Assembly (NCBI GenBank): GCA_003635185.1
Contig: PYJA01000131.1
Span: forward strand, 1,035 to 65,034
Length of the DNA stretch: 64,000 nt
Source: Candidatus Poribacteria bacterium
GTDB taxonomy: Bacteria > Poribacteria > WGA-4E > WGA-3G
Direction of reading: 5' to 3'
Below are positions 28,690 through 39,237 of the stretch, piece by piece; position 1 is the stretch's first letter; each line of letters starts with the position of its first letter. The notes beneath the pieces were generated by a model, which worked only from the letters and a program-made list of their open reading frames with translations, was not told the DNA's origin and searched no databases. A program made the position numbers and the translations under genes.

Positions 28690-30168
28690 TTATGCCAAAA
28701 TTTCGTTGACAACCTGTGCTTTTTCCTCAACCCCGGTCAACCGATGGTCAAGCCCTTGAAACTTAAAGGTCAACCTTTCATGGTCAATGCCGAGTTGATT
28801 GAGTATAGTAGCGTTTAGGTCTCTGACAGAGACAGGGTCTTTGACGACATTGTAACTGAAATCATCAGTTTCGCCATGAACGATCCCGCCTTTGATGCCG
28901 CCACCTGCCATCCACATCGTGAAGCACTTCGGGTGATGGTCGCGCCCATAATTGTCTTTCCTGAGTGCACCTTGGCAATAAACAGTGCGTCCAAATTCAC
29001 CACCCCACACAACGAGCGTATCATCAAGCATACCGCGTTGTTTTAAGTCTTGGACGAGTGCTGTTGCAGGTTGGTCAATGTCACGGCACTGGTTGCGAAT
29101 GTCATTCGGCAAGTTGCCGTGCTGATCCCAACCGCGATGAAAGATTTGAACGAGTCGGACATCGCGTTCCATCATACGGCGTGCAAGGATACAGCAGTGT
29201 GCAAATGTGCCGGGTTTGTTAACATCGGGGCCGTACATCTCCTTAACTTTGTCTGGTTCCTGGTTCAAATCCGTAAGCTCCGGAACAGAAGATTGCATCC
29301 TAAACGCCATCTCATATTGTGAGATACGTGCATGTGTTTCTGGATCACCAACTTCCTCATAAATTTCTTCGTTGAGTTTGACGAGGGTGTCGAGCATCCG
29401 TTTGCGTCCCTTTTCACTCATGCCTTTCGGATTTGAGAGGAATAGCACCGGATCGCCTTGGCTGCGGAGGAGTACGCCTTGATGCTCAGAAGGTAAGAAT
29501 CCAGCACCCCATAGTCTATTATAGAGTGCTTGTGCCGATTTTCTACCTGTCCACGTTGCATTCATCACAATGAAAGCAGGCAAATTATTGTTTTCAGTGC
29601 CTAACCCGTAGCTCAGCCATGCGCCGAGGCTCGGTTTACCGGGCGTTTCATCGCCGGTACAGACGAAGGTAATCGCCGGGTCGTGGTTAATTGCATCGGT
29701 ATGAACACTTTTGACAATGGCAATATCTTTCACCATAGATGCGGTGTGCGGTAGCAACTCACTAAGCCATGCACCATCACTACCGTTGTCATGTTTTTTG
29801 AACTCAAAAATAGAGGGTGCGATCGGAAAACGGGATTGTCCAGAGGTCATCGTAGTGAGGCGCTGTCCCATCCGGACGGTCTCTGGTAGGTCTTTATCAA
29901 ACCATTCCCCCATTTTCGGTTTATAGTCGAACATGTCCATCTGCGAAGGTGCACCGGACATGAATAGATAGATTGCCCGTTTTGCTTTCGGGGCAAAGTG
30001 CGGGAGGCCTGACAGCCCGCCAGTCTGTGGCACTGCTTGCTGTTCAAGAGCATTAACAATACTACTCGGTAACATTGATGCAAGAGCTGCACCGCCAAGT
30101 CCCATCGCGCACTTTCCAAAAAATTGGCGGCGTGTTTCAAGTTTCAGATATTCCTTAATTGGGTCCAC
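28690..30168 (-). CDS. DUF1501 (sulfatase-fold) protein with Tat-type signal
   Basis: 492 aa. '[20 protein letters not shown]' is a twin-arginine leader. The family is typical of PVC-type genomes and is usually partnered with DUF1549/DUF1553 proteins. Confidence 0.85.
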   Translation of the reverse strand: MDPIKEYLKLETRRQFFGKCAMGLGGAALASMLPSSIVNALEQQAVPQTGGLSGLPHFAPKAKRAIYLFMSGAPSQMDMFDYKPKMGEWFDKDLPETVRMGQRLTTMTSGQSRFPIAPSIFEFKKHDNGSDGAWLSELLPHTASMVKDIAIVKSVHTDAINHDPAITFVCTGDETPGKPSLGAWLSYGLGTENNNLPAFIVMNATWTGRKSAQALYNRLWGAGFLPSEHQGVLLRSQGDPVLFLSNPKGMSEKGRKRMLDTLVKLNEEIYEEVGDPETHARISQYEMAFRMQSSVPELTDLNQEPDKVKEMYGPDVNKPGTFAHCCILARRMMERDVRLVQIFHRGWDQHGNLPNDIRNQCRDIDQPATALVQDLKQRGMLDDTLVVWGGEFGRTVYCQGALRKDNYGRDHHPKCFTMWMAGGGIKGGIVHGETDDFSYNVVKDPVSVRDLNATILNQLGIDHERLTFKFQGLDHRLTGVEEKAQVVNEILA

Positions 30169-30234
30169 TGTTTATCTCCTTTGTATACAATCCGCTCTTG
30201 TAGGAGGGCTTTGCAAGCCCGATTTCCTCTGAGA

Positions 30235-31713
30235 TTATGCCAAGATTTCGTTGACAACTCGCGCTTTCTCCTCAACCCCGGTCAACCGATGGTCAAGTCC
30301 TTGGAACTTAAAGGTCAACCTTTCGTGATCAATGCCGAGTTGATTGAGAATGGTTGCGTTTAGATCGCGCACAGAGACAGGGTCTTTGATAACGTTGTAG
30401 CTGAAGTCATCGGTTTCGCCATAGACGATCCCACCTTTAATGCCAGCACCTGCCATCCACATTGTAAAACACTTCGGATGATGGTCGCGCCCGTAGTTAT
30501 CCTTCTTGAGAGCGCCTTGACAGTAAACAGTCCGTCCAAATTCACCACCCCACACAACGAGGGTATCGTCAAGCATACCGCGTTGCTTCAGGTCTTGGAC
30601 AAGTGCAGTTGCGGGTTGGTCAATGTCGCGCGCCTGATTCCGGATGTTTTTGGGTAGATCGCCGTGCTGGTCCCAACCGCGATGGAAGATTTGAACGAGA
30701 CGAACATCCCGCTCCATCATTCTACGGGCAAGAATACAGCAATTGGCAAATGTGCCGGGTGTGTCGACCTCAGGCCCATACATCTCTTTAACTTTGTCAG
30801 ACTCCTGCTTTAAGTCCGTGAGTTCGGGAACAGAGGTCTGCATACGGTACGCCATTTCATATTGGGAGATACGGGCATGTGTTTCTGGATCGCCTACTTC
30901 CTCATAGATCTCCTCGTTGAGTTTGACGAGGGTGTCAAGCATGCGTTTGCGTCCCTTTTCACTCATGCCTTTCGGATTTGAGAGGAATAGCACCGGATCA
31001 CCTTGGCTGCGGAGTAACACGCCTTGATGTTCTGATGGAAGAAAACCAGAACCCCAGAGGCGGTTGTAGAGTGCCTGTGCGCCCTTCGGTCCACTCCATG
31101 TCGCGTTCATCACAATAAAAGCGGGCAGGTTTTGATTTTCACTGCCTAATCCGTAGCTAAGCCATGCGCCGAGGCTCGGTTTGCCAGGCGTTTCGTCACC
31201 AGTGCAGACAAAAGTGATAGCTGGGTCATGGTTAATCGCATCGGTATGAACACTTTTGACAATGGCAATGTCTTTCACCATAGATGCGGTATGTGGCAAT
31301 AATTCGCTAAGCCATGCGCCATCGCTGCCGTTATCATGCTTTTTGAATTCAAAAATAGAAGGGGCAATCGGAAAACGGGCTTGTCCTGAAGTCATTGTGG
31401 TGAGACGTTGTCCCATCCGTACCGTCTCCGGTAAATCTTTATCAAAGAATTCCCCCATCTTCGGTTTGTAGTCAAACAGATCCATTTGTGAGGGCGCGCC
31501 AGACATAAATAGATAGATTGCCCGTTTCGCCTTCGGTGCAAAGTGTGGCAGTTCAGGTAAACCGCCGACTCGCGTTCCGGCTTGCTGTTCGAGGGCTTGG
31601 ACAATACTACTCGGTAGCATTGAGGCAAGGGCTGCACCGCCAAGTCCCATCGCGCATTTGCCGAAGAATTGGCGGCGTGTTTCAAGTTTCAAATATTCTT
31701 TAATCGGGTCCAT
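30235..31713 (-). CDS. DUF1501 protein, tandem duplicate
   Basis: 492 aa. About nine in ten residues are identical by eye to 28690..30168, including the first 37 residues. Confidence 0.85.
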   Translation of the reverse strand: MDPIKEYLKLETRRQFFGKCAMGLGGAALASMLPSSIVQALEQQAGTRVGGLPELPHFAPKAKRAIYLFMSGAPSQMDLFDYKPKMGEFFDKDLPETVRMGQRLTTMTSGQARFPIAPSIFEFKKHDNGSDGAWLSELLPHTASMVKDIAIVKSVHTDAINHDPAITFVCTGDETPGKPSLGAWLSYGLGSENQNLPAFIVMNATWSGPKGAQALYNRLWGSGFLPSEHQGVLLRSQGDPVLFLSNPKGMSEKGRKRMLDTLVKLNEEIYEEVGDPETHARISQYEMAYRMQTSVPELTDLKQESDKVKEMYGPEVDTPGTFANCCILARRMMERDVRLVQIFHRGWDQHGDLPKNIRNQARDIDQPATALVQDLKQRGMLDDTLVVWGGEFGRTVYCQGALKKDNYGRDHHPKCFTMWMAGAGIKGGIVYGETDDFSYNVIKDPVSVRDLNATILNQLGIDHERLTFKFQGLDHRLTGVEEKARVVNEILA

Positions 31714-31764
31714 TGTTCATCTCCTTTGCAATGTCTACTGCTTATTTTGGGACATTGCTATGCT

Positions 31765-34458
31765 TTACCTGTTTGCAGGTGGTGGTTGAATATTCAGTTC
31801 CACTGATGCTGGGATATCCAGTTCTAAATCCGGCAGTTGTTCAAGTAATTTTTCAAGTGGTTCCATATCCTGAATTGGATTTTGTCTAACTTTTAAACTC
31901 GTTAAACTTTTAAACTGTTCAATTTGACTAATGTCGTTGATTAGGTTACGGTCAACATGCAAAACACTTAACTGTGTGGCTCCAGCGATTGGTGAAATGT
32001 CTTGAATTTGATTATTTCCGAGCCCTAACTCAATCAAACGTGTTAGATTGATAAGTGGTGATATATCACTGATTTTATTACCCCAGATCACTAACTTCGT
32101 CAACAGAGTCAAGTCAGTGAAAGGTTTGATGTCACTGATTTGATTCTGCCAAGCCCATAACTCTGTTAACCGAGTCAAACCAGAAATCGGTTCTGTATCG
32201 CTAATTAGATTACCTCCGATATTTAACTCTACTAATGAAACCAATCCCGTTAGAGGTGTGATGTCATCGATCTGATTTCTATGAAGTCGTAACTTTGTCA
32301 ACTGCGTTAAGTTTGCGATCGGTTTTATGTCGGTGATCTGATTATTACTCAGCCATAACTCAGACAATTGCGTCAGTCCACCGATTGACATTATATCACT
32401 AATCTGATTTCCCCACAGCCATAACTTTCTTAACTGCGTTAAGTTTGCGATCGGTTTTATGTCGCTAATCTGATTTCCGCCGAGGGATAGTTCTGTTAAC
32501 TCTGTTAATCCACTGAGCGGTGTGAGATCGCTGATTTGATTCTCCTTGAGGTATAATCCTGTTAACTTTGTTAATCCACTGAGCGGTGTAAGATCATTGA
32601 TTTGATTCTTGCGAAGTTGCAAAGTGATTAAACCCGTTGCTTTTTCCAGCCCTGTTAAGTCTTTTATGTTTCTGTTATAAGCATGCAGCTGCTCTAATGC
32701 TGCCAACTTTTCTGGCGGGACAGTGTCGTTGCGTCCCAGACCGAGTGCTTGCCGGACAACGTTGGCTAAGTTGGCATCAGGAATTGTGGGATCCGGGGTC
32801 CCTACTTGAATATCTAATCTCAAATTCGGAAGTCGTGTTAGTAGTCTCTGAAGTGGTTTCATATCCTGAATTGGATTTCCTTTGACAGATAATCGCGTTA
32901 AACTTGTCAAATTTTCAACCGGACTGATATCTTTGATTTGATTGTTCCAGAGAGATAGATCTTTCAACTCTGTCAACCCAGAAAGTGGTTCGATATCGCT
33001 GATTTGGTTCTGAAAGAGCCATAACTTCGTTAGCTGTGTCAAATTTGTCAGTGGGGTAATGTCGCTGATTTGATTACCATACATTGATAATTCTGTGAGT
33101 TGTGTCAGTCCAGTAAGTGGTTTTATGTCGTTGATCTGATTACTTGAAAGCCATAACTGTGTGAGATCCGTCAACCCAGCAATTGGCGAGATGTTGTCAA
33201 TTTTATTTCCGCTTAGCAATAAACTACGAAGTTGTATTAGCCCATCAATTGGTTTAATGTCCCTGATTCCATTATCGTCAAGGGATAATGATGTCAACTG
33301 TGTCAATCTAGATAGGGTTTTGATATCTTTGATTTGATTTCCACTGAGGGATAAATATGTTAATTGTGTTAATCCTGTCAGGGGTGCAATGTCTTGGATC
33401 TGATTTCCGGCAAGATTTAGTAGAGTCAATTGGGTTAGATCAGCAAGAGGTGTAATGTCAGAAATCCGATTATTCAAGAGCCATAAGGTAGCCAACTGTT
33501 TCAAGTTCGCAAGTGGTGTGAGATCGCTAATCTGATTGTTCCAGAGGCGCAACCATGTCAACTTCACTAATCCAGAAAGTGATGTTATATCACTAACTTG
33601 ATTATCCATGAGAGTTAAGTCTGTTAATTGTGTCAATCCGGCGAGTGGCGTGATGTCGCTTATTTGATTGTCATCAAGCCATAATGTTGTAAGTTCGGTT
33701 AGTCCAGCAAGCGGATTGATGTCGTTAATCTGATTGTCTGTAATGTATAGTTTTTCTAATTTGGTAAATTCAGCGAGCGGTGTGATGTCGCTGATTGAAT
33801 TTTTCATTAGGAATAATTCTGTTAACTCTGTCAATCCAGTGAGTGGGGTGATATCGCTGATTTGACTTTCCCAAAGTGATAACACTCTCAATTCTGTCAA
33901 ACCTGAGAATATCGTTAAGTCGTTGATTGGATTTCCACCAATGCCTAGCTCTCTTAACTGCTTCATTCCCGCAAGTAGTGTTAAGTCGTTGATTGGATTG
34001 TTCCCAAGGAATAAATGTGTGAGTTGCGTCAAACCGGTAAAGGGCTTTATATCTCGGATTTGATTTTTGCTACACCATAACTCTGTGAGTTTCGTCAATT
34101 CAGCGAGTGGCGTTATGTCACTGATTTGATTATTCGTGAGGTTTAGTTCTGTTAGCTGCGCCAACTTAGTGAGTGGTTTGATATTACTGATTTGATTTCC
34201 TTGAAGTTCTAAAATCGTTAATCCCGTTGCTTCTCCCAGTCCCGTTAGGTCTTTTATGTGTCTCTCTTTAGCATCTAAACTCTCCAATTTTTCCAATTCC
34301 TTTTGTGGAATAGGATCCGTTGGACCTAAATCGAGTGCCTCGCGCACTGCAGCGGCTAAGTTAGCATCCGGTATTGTCACAGCATGGCTGGATGAATAAA
34401 TGAGAAAAGCGATGAGTATGATAAACATAAGACAATAATTTAGACAATAATTTTTCAT
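31765..34458 (-). CDS. Leucine-rich-repeat (internalin-like, 22-aa LRR) protein; apparent fusion of two LRR units
   Basis: Track ORF 31765..34494. I prefer ATG 34458 (MKNYCLNYCLMFIILIAF..., a signal/anchor). It has dozens of 'LTxLxxLxLxxNQIxDIxPL' repeats. An internal cap junction '...NPIQDMKPLQRLLTRLPNLRLDIQVGTPDPTIPDANLANVVRQALGL...' is present. Confidence 0.8.
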   Translation of the reverse strand: MKNYCLNYCLMFIILIAFLIYSSSHAVTIPDANLAAAVREALDLGPTDPIPQKELEKLESLDAKERHIKDLTGLGEATGLTILELQGNQISNIKPLTKLAQLTELNLTNNQISDITPLAELTKLTELWCSKNQIRDIKPFTGLTQLTHLFLGNNPINDLTLLAGMKQLRELGIGGNPINDLTIFSGLTELRVLSLWESQISDITPLTGLTELTELFLMKNSISDITPLAEFTKLEKLYITDNQINDINPLAGLTELTTLWLDDNQISDITPLAGLTQLTDLTLMDNQVSDITSLSGLVKLTWLRLWNNQISDLTPLANLKQLATLWLLNNRISDITPLADLTQLTLLNLAGNQIQDIAPLTGLTQLTYLSLSGNQIKDIKTLSRLTQLTSLSLDDNGIRDIKPIDGLIQLRSLLLSGNKIDNISPIAGLTDLTQLWLSSNQINDIKPLTGLTQLTELSMYGNQISDITPLTNLTQLTKLWLFQNQISDIEPLSGLTELKDLSLWNNQIKDISPVENLTSLTRLSVKGNPIQDMKPLQRLLTRLPNLRLDIQVGTPDPTIPDANLANVVRQALGLGRNDTVPPEKLAALEQLHAYNRNIKDLTGLEKATGLITLQLRKNQINDLTPLSGLTKLTGLYLKENQISDLTPLSGLTELTELSLGGNQISDIKPIANLTQLRKLWLWGNQISDIMSIGGLTQLSELWLSNNQITDIKPIANLTQLTKLRLHRNQIDDITPLTGLVSLVELNIGGNLISDTEPISGLTRLTELWAWQNQISDIKPFTDLTLLTKLVIWGNKISDISPLINLTRLIELGLGNNQIQDISPIAGATQLSVLHVDRNLINDISQIEQFKSLTSLKVRQNPIQDMEPLEKLLEQLPDLELDIPASVELNIQPPPANR

Positions 34459-34521
34459 CAGCGTTTCGGGCAGGAAACCCCGCTGCTTTAGCATGGGGAG
34501 GAATGCCCGCTCCTATTTTGT

Positions 34522-34551
34522 TTGACAAAACAAGTCAAGATGTGTTATAAT
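34522..34551 (+). promoter_or_regulatory. Near-consensus promoter TTGACA-18-TGtTATAAT at the left end of the TnpB remnant
   Basis: Read directly. It is followed by a ggtagaga...tctctacc hairpin and the TnpB ATG at 34646. Confidence 0.45.
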
Positions 34552-34645
34552 ATTCCCAGCATAGTTGGTAGAGAATACAATCCACGTCTCTTGACGCGGT
34601 CTCTACCACAACCGAATTGTATAGGGAACTGTGTGGATTAAAACT

Positions 34646-35355
34646 ATGCGCACCTACAAATACAAAATACGCACCCATCCTAAGAACAAACGCTTGGGAA
34701 ACATGTTTGATGACCTTGCCGATGTGCATAATCACTTTCTGAAACTTGAGAAGCGATATTACCGTATCTATGGCAAATACGCTGGCAGGTATAGAATGCA
34801 ACCACATCTTACCAAGTTGCTGAAACGCACAAAGAAACATTGGGCGTGGATACCGCGTGACACACTGGACACTGCAATTATCCGTATTGACGACGCATAC
34901 CAACGCTTTTTCAATGGTCAAGGCGGTCCCCCAAAACCCATCGGACTATCAGACAACTCGCACGACACTATAGGAAAGTTGCTAATCAACGCCTTGACTG
35001 GCAATGGAAAGTTGCAACCGACCTTTGCAGACGCTTTGATACTATCGTTACAGAAACACTTAACCTTGACGGTATGAAGCGAATCTGGGGCAGAAAGGTT
35101 TCTGACCTTGCTTTCTATCAGTTTATTCAGTTGTTGGAATTCAAGTGTGAAAAACACGATAAAACTTTCCTCAAAATCGGACAATGGACAGGGACAACAA
35201 AACCTTGTAGTCACTGCGGACACAAAAACGATAGTCTCACTCTCAATGATAGGCAGTGGATATGTCAAAACTGCAGGACTGAACACGATAGAGACATAAA
35301 CGCTGCTATCAACATTCTTCGGGGCTGCTTAGAACCCCTTGTGGAGCAGATGTAA
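34646..35355 (+). pseudogene. tnpB: Degenerate IS200/IS605-family TnpB (OrfB) with internal deletion and frameshifts
   Basis: The N-terminal piece is MRTYKYKIRTHPKNKRL...IDDAYQRFF. A third frame reads DWQWKVATDLCRRFDTIVTETLNLDGMKR. The C-terminal piece has the zinc ribbon 'CSHCGH...CQNCRTEHDRDINAAINI' (RuvC-III D). The central WED/RuvC-I region is missing and no tnpA is present. Confidence 0.75.
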
Positions 35356-35487
35356 GACGGATGTTCTCTTCAGAGAACAACGCTAACTGCTACGAAGCAC
35401 AAGCCCCAGTCTCCTTTAGGCTGTGGGTACTATGACAATGTCACCTCATTGGAAAGTCTGGTACATTAACTATACCATAATTACACC

Positions 35488-36228
35488 TTAATCTTCAATA
35501 GATGTTGTAGTAATATCCAACTCTAAATCCATCAATTTTCGGAGTGGTTCCATATCCTGAATTGGATTCTCTTTGATATTTAAACGTGTTAACCTCGTAA
35601 AGTTCGCTATAGAACGGGCATCGCTGATTTGATTTTTATCCAGCGCTAAGTGTGTCAATTGCGTTAAGTCCGCAAGCGGTGATATATCGTTAATCTGATT
35701 TCCACTTAGCCATAGGTGCGTTATCTGTTGTAAGTTAGCAAGTGAACTTAGATCGCGAAGTTGATTTCGTCTGATGTTTAACAACTGCATCTGTTGTAAG
35801 TTAGCAAGCGGCGAAATATCGCTAAGTTGATTGTCCCAAAGTCCTAATTCCGTGAGTTGTGTTAACCCTACCAAAGGTTTGATGTCAGTAATTTGATTTT
35901 TGCCAAGTCCTAATTTTGTGAGTTGTATTAATCCTGTAAGGGGTTTTATATCACTGATTCTGTTGTCCCAGAACTCTACACAAGTTAATTGCGTCAACCC
36001 AGCAATAGGCGTAATGTCACTAATCTGATTCTTCTCAAGTTCTAAAACTTTTAAACCTGTTGCTTTTTCCAATCCTGTTAGGTCTTTTATACCTTTTTGT
36101 TCGGCATGTAGTTTTTCCAATTCCGCTAACTTTTTTTGCGGAATAGAATCGTTTGGTCGCAGACCGAGTGCATCGCGCACTGAGGCAGCTAAATTGATGT
36201 CTGGCATTGTTACAGCAAAACTATTCAT
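35488..36228 (-). CDS. LRR protein lacking a signal peptide
   Basis: Track start is TTG 36258. The ATG at 36228 gives MNSFAVTMPDINLAASVRDALGL.... It has the same N-cap, LRR and C-cap ('NPIQDMEPLRKLMDLELDI') architecture as its neighbours. Confidence 0.75.
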   Translation of the reverse strand: MNSFAVTMPDINLAASVRDALGLRPNDSIPQKKLAELEKLHAEQKGIKDLTGLEKATGLKVLELEKNQISDITPIAGLTQLTCVEFWDNRISDIKPLTGLIQLTKLGLGKNQITDIKPLVGLTQLTELGLWDNQLSDISPLANLQQMQLLNIRRNQLRDLSSLANLQQITHLWLSGNQINDISPLADLTQLTHLALDKNQISDARSIANFTRLTRLNIKENPIQDMEPLRKLMDLELDITTTSIED

Positions 36229-36315
36229 CGTGTGATTCCTTTCAAAATTAATGAACAAGTGCTATCTTGTTTTCAAGATACTTCCTTGTTTTTAGCACAT
36301 AGTCTCAGAAGCAAT

Positions 36316-37251
36316 TTACTTTTTTTCGTTTGTGGCTTCAAAATCCCACTCTAAATCTGGGAGTTGTTTTATGAGTTTTAGAAGTGGTTCCATATCCTGA
36401 ATCGGATTCTCCGAAAGGTATAATTTGTCCAACTGTGTCAAATTCGTGAGCGGCTTTATGTCACTGACTTGATTCCGGGTTAGTGATAACACTTCCAATT
36501 GAGTCAAATTCGTGAGTGATTGTATGTCGCTGATTTGATTATCAGATAAGTATAACGTTGTTAACTGTGTCAACTTTGCAAGAGGTTTTATGTCACTGAT
36601 TTGATTCAACTCAATTCCTAATCTTGCCAACTGTGTCAAATCAGTAAGAATGTTTATATCACTGATCTGGTTTTTATCCAACCACAACAACTCCAACTGT
36701 GTCAACTTTGCAAGAGGTTTTATGTCGATGATTTGATTGTCAGAGATATAACACTGTGTCAACTGTATCAAGTTTGAGAGCGGTCTTATATCACTGATTT
36801 TGTTCTTGTCCAACCATAACGTTGTCAACTGTGTCAAGTTAGCAAGCGGTTCTATGTCGCTGATGTTGTTCGCAACGATGTCTAAATCCGTTAACTGCGT
36901 TAAACTCGTTAGAGGTGTTATATCACTGATCTGATTTTCACCAAGGTATAAGTATGTCAGTTGGGTTAGTTCTGTGAGAGGTGTCAAGTTCTCAATTTGA
37001 TTCTTGCGGAGTTCTAAAGTTTTTAATCCTATTGCCTTTTCCAGACCTGTTAAGTCTTTTACATTTCTGTTGTCAGCACTAAGCTTTTCTAATGCTTCAA
37101 ATTTCTTTTGTGAAATAGGATCGCTTGGACCTAAACCGAGTGCTTCGCGCACAGCTGCGGCTAAGTTGGCATCTGGTATTGTCACTTCCGGTTGAGCTGA
37201 GCAACTGAAGAAAACTATGAGTATTGCAAATAGTGTAATACAATTTTTCAT
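36316..37251 (-). CDS. Secreted LRR protein
   Basis: 311 aa with signal peptide MKNCITLFAILIVFFSCSA, the N-cap 'IPDANLAAAVREALGLGPSDPI', 22-aa LRRs and a C-cap. Confidence 0.8.
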   Translation of the reverse strand: MKNCITLFAILIVFFSCSAQPEVTIPDANLAAAVREALGLGPSDPISQKKFEALEKLSADNRNVKDLTGLEKAIGLKTLELRKNQIENLTPLTELTQLTYLYLGENQISDITPLTSLTQLTDLDIVANNISDIEPLANLTQLTTLWLDKNKISDIRPLSNLIQLTQCYISDNQIIDIKPLAKLTQLELLWLDKNQISDINILTDLTQLARLGIELNQISDIKPLAKLTQLTTLYLSDNQISDIQSLTNLTQLEVLSLTRNQVSDIKPLTNLTQLDKLYLSENPIQDMEPLLKLIKQLPDLEWDFEATNEKK

Positions 37252-37324
37252 AAAATGATATTTTGAATGCTTAATAAAGGTTGTGGAAAATTCACACTAT
37301 AGCATCCGTTCATCCGTTGGTTTA

Positions 37325-38119
37325 TTATATTTCGGAACAAATTGATTCCAGCAACTTATTTGAAATGGCATATTCAGATTCTTCTGTGTGGTATACTTCA
37401 ACCCCACTACGAAATCGCAGATCGCCAAAAGAGGAAGACCAAAGACACTGCAAAGAATTAGACCAAATTTCTTTTCCTTCAAGACTCAAGGTGACTGGAA
37501 CAGCGTAAAGGCGGGCACTCTCTACTGTAATATCCCCTACTTCTACAAAGGGAATAATTCCGAGGCTGTCTTCATTTCCAGTTGCGATTCCTTTTTTTAG
37601 GTTCGTTGGTTGTACAGGTGCGGAGTAAGTTATCTGAATACAACCCTTTTTTCCAATGCGTGCTAGCCGGCCAATGACATGTGACTGAAATTCTTCGAGC
37701 TGTTTTACATCCGAAGAAACGATTACAAACTGCAACTGCTCTGCATAGTATTCTTGAACAGTAGCCAGTTTTTTCCCGATACCTTGACCTGTTTTCCATA
37801 CATGTGCTTCATAGTTAAATTTTAGACTACCAACGTGATTACGATAGTGAAGTCGTGAGAAGTTGCCTCCATCTGGATAAGCACCCAAGGCCCAAACTGT
37901 TTCCCAATTCGGCAGTCGATGGAGCTGACGAGGTTTAAGACCATTTTTTTCGTGCCACCGCTCACCTTCGAGTACCGCCGCAAGAAGGCCTGAGGCACTT
38001 GTTGGTGGTAAAAAGGGATAAGATTCCCATATTACATTTGACTTGTAGATGTTCCGTACCATCATCGGGCCAAGCAATATTCCATTTAAACGTAGCAAAT
38101 AGAGTTCATTAAATTTCAT
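37325..38119 (-). CDS. csc1: Putative Cas5-family subunit (Csc1-like) of a type I-D-like effector
   Basis: 264 aa. It is the last gene of the cas-like operon, with its start overlapping the upstream stop (ATGA). Its position and size match csc1. Sequence-level support is weak (glycine-rich RAMP-like segments only). Confidence 0.45.
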   Translation of the reverse strand: MKFNELYLLRLNGILLGPMMVRNIYKSNVIWESYPFLPPTSASGLLAAVLEGERWHEKNGLKPRQLHRLPNWETVWALGAYPDGGNFSRLHYRNHVGSLKFNYEAHVWKTGQGIGKKLATVQEYYAEQLQFVIVSSDVKQLEEFQSHVIGRLARIGKKGCIQITYSAPVQPTNLKKGIATGNEDSLGIIPFVEVGDITVESARLYAVPVTLSLEGKEIWSNSLQCLWSSSFGDLRFRSGVEVYHTEESEYAISNKLLESICSEI

Positions 38120-39213
38120 TTGATTGCTTCCACATAAGAATTAACATCTTTCCAAAATTCGCCAGTTTGAAGTTCATTGAGATAACTTTGCCACGCCAAT
38201 TGACAACGGCGCAGATAGCCGAGAGCCGCATTGCCTTGATAACGAGTCATCTTTATCTCACCATTTTGCTTAATAATAACGTTGTCATTACCATTAAAGG
38301 AAATATTGAACAAGCAATTAGAGTCATGCTTAACTGTAGGACTGTCATCACCTTCGCCAATTTCAAATCCCATCAACTCAAACGATGATTTGATAGACTC
38401 CTTACTTGTTGCTTCCAAAAATGGATTAATAACCTTGTGTTGATAATCCGTTTCCCAACCTGAAATCTTAGGCACATTGAGCGGGAAGATGCCATCTGAA
38501 GATTCATCAACGACGAGAATTGGAGCGTCCTTATAATCTGTTGCCCATCGTACGCCTCCTTGAGCGCGTGATGCAGCTGTGTAACGATTAGCATTCAAGT
38601 TTTCGAGCAAAGCATGTGCAAACGCTCCCAATTCCCAATCTAACACCTGCATTGCACTTGTATAGATAGGGAAATGCACACCAGCAACAATGACTTGCTC
38701 CTTGTGAATGCCAGCCTCTCCTGCTGTTGTTTGTTTCTTCTCATCAACCATATTTCGATTGTGACGATTCTGTCCTTGTTCAACGGTTTCTATAGAAACT
38801 GATGTTGGATAATGGATACGGGACTTTGCATTGATGCCGAGTTTCTTGATGACAGAATTCGCGTCTTGTGTCGTTCCGGTGAAACCATAGAGCCAGCAGG
38901 TAGGACATTGACCACACAACTGGGGAATGTAGCAATTAGTATCCTGCCAATAGCGATTTCGCATTTGGTGAATGGTACGCCTATCAACACCACGTCGTTT
39001 TGAACCTGCCCAAATGAATTTATGAACACTGTCACCATTTGGATTAAGCACCATATCTGTTTCTGTTATTGTCGTGTCAATGTCTGTTCCGTCGCCGAAG
39101 CGGACATGCCCTGATACTTCGACCATCGCGCTAATCAGAACAGTTTTCAATTTATCTGATTCGGCAGCAACACCGCTCAAGGTAGTTTTAGGGAACTGGT
39201 TTGTTTTTGCCAT
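38116..39213 (-). CDS. csc2: Putative Cas7-family backbone subunit (Csc2-like)
   Basis: 365 aa. 'CGQCPTCWLYGF' and 'NRYTAASRAQGG' resemble the 'CxxCPxCxxYGF' and 'KRYGAxxSRxG' segments I recall from Synechocystis Csc2. AAGGAG RBS. An extra C-terminal region of about 100 aa is present. Confidence 0.6.
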   Translation of the reverse strand: MAKTNQFPKTTLSGVAAESDKLKTVLISAMVEVSGHVRFGDGTDIDTTITETDMVLNPNGDSVHKFIWAGSKRRGVDRRTIHQMRNRYWQDTNCYIPQLCGQCPTCWLYGFTGTTQDANSVIKKLGINAKSRIHYPTSVSIETVEQGQNRHNRNMVDEKKQTTAGEAGIHKEQVIVAGVHFPIYTSAMQVLDWELGAFAHALLENLNANRYTAASRAQGGVRWATDYKDAPILVVDESSDGIFPLNVPKISGWETDYQHKVINPFLEATSKESIKSSFELMGFEIGEGDDSPTVKHDSNCLFNISFNGNDNVIIKQNGEIKMTRYQGNAALGYLRRCQLAWQSYLNELQTGEFWKDVNSYVEAIK

Positions 39214-39237
39214 GAAAATCTCCTTTATGATAATAGA

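Noticed and set aside
31765-37251. Highly regular repeats of about 66 bp, which at first glance resemble a repeat-spacer array next to the cas-like operon
   Set aside because: The periodicity is the 22-codon leucine-rich repeat of three long uninterrupted ORFs (LTxLxxLxLxxNQIxDIxPL). The 'repeats' are degenerate at synonymous positions and there are no unique spacers.
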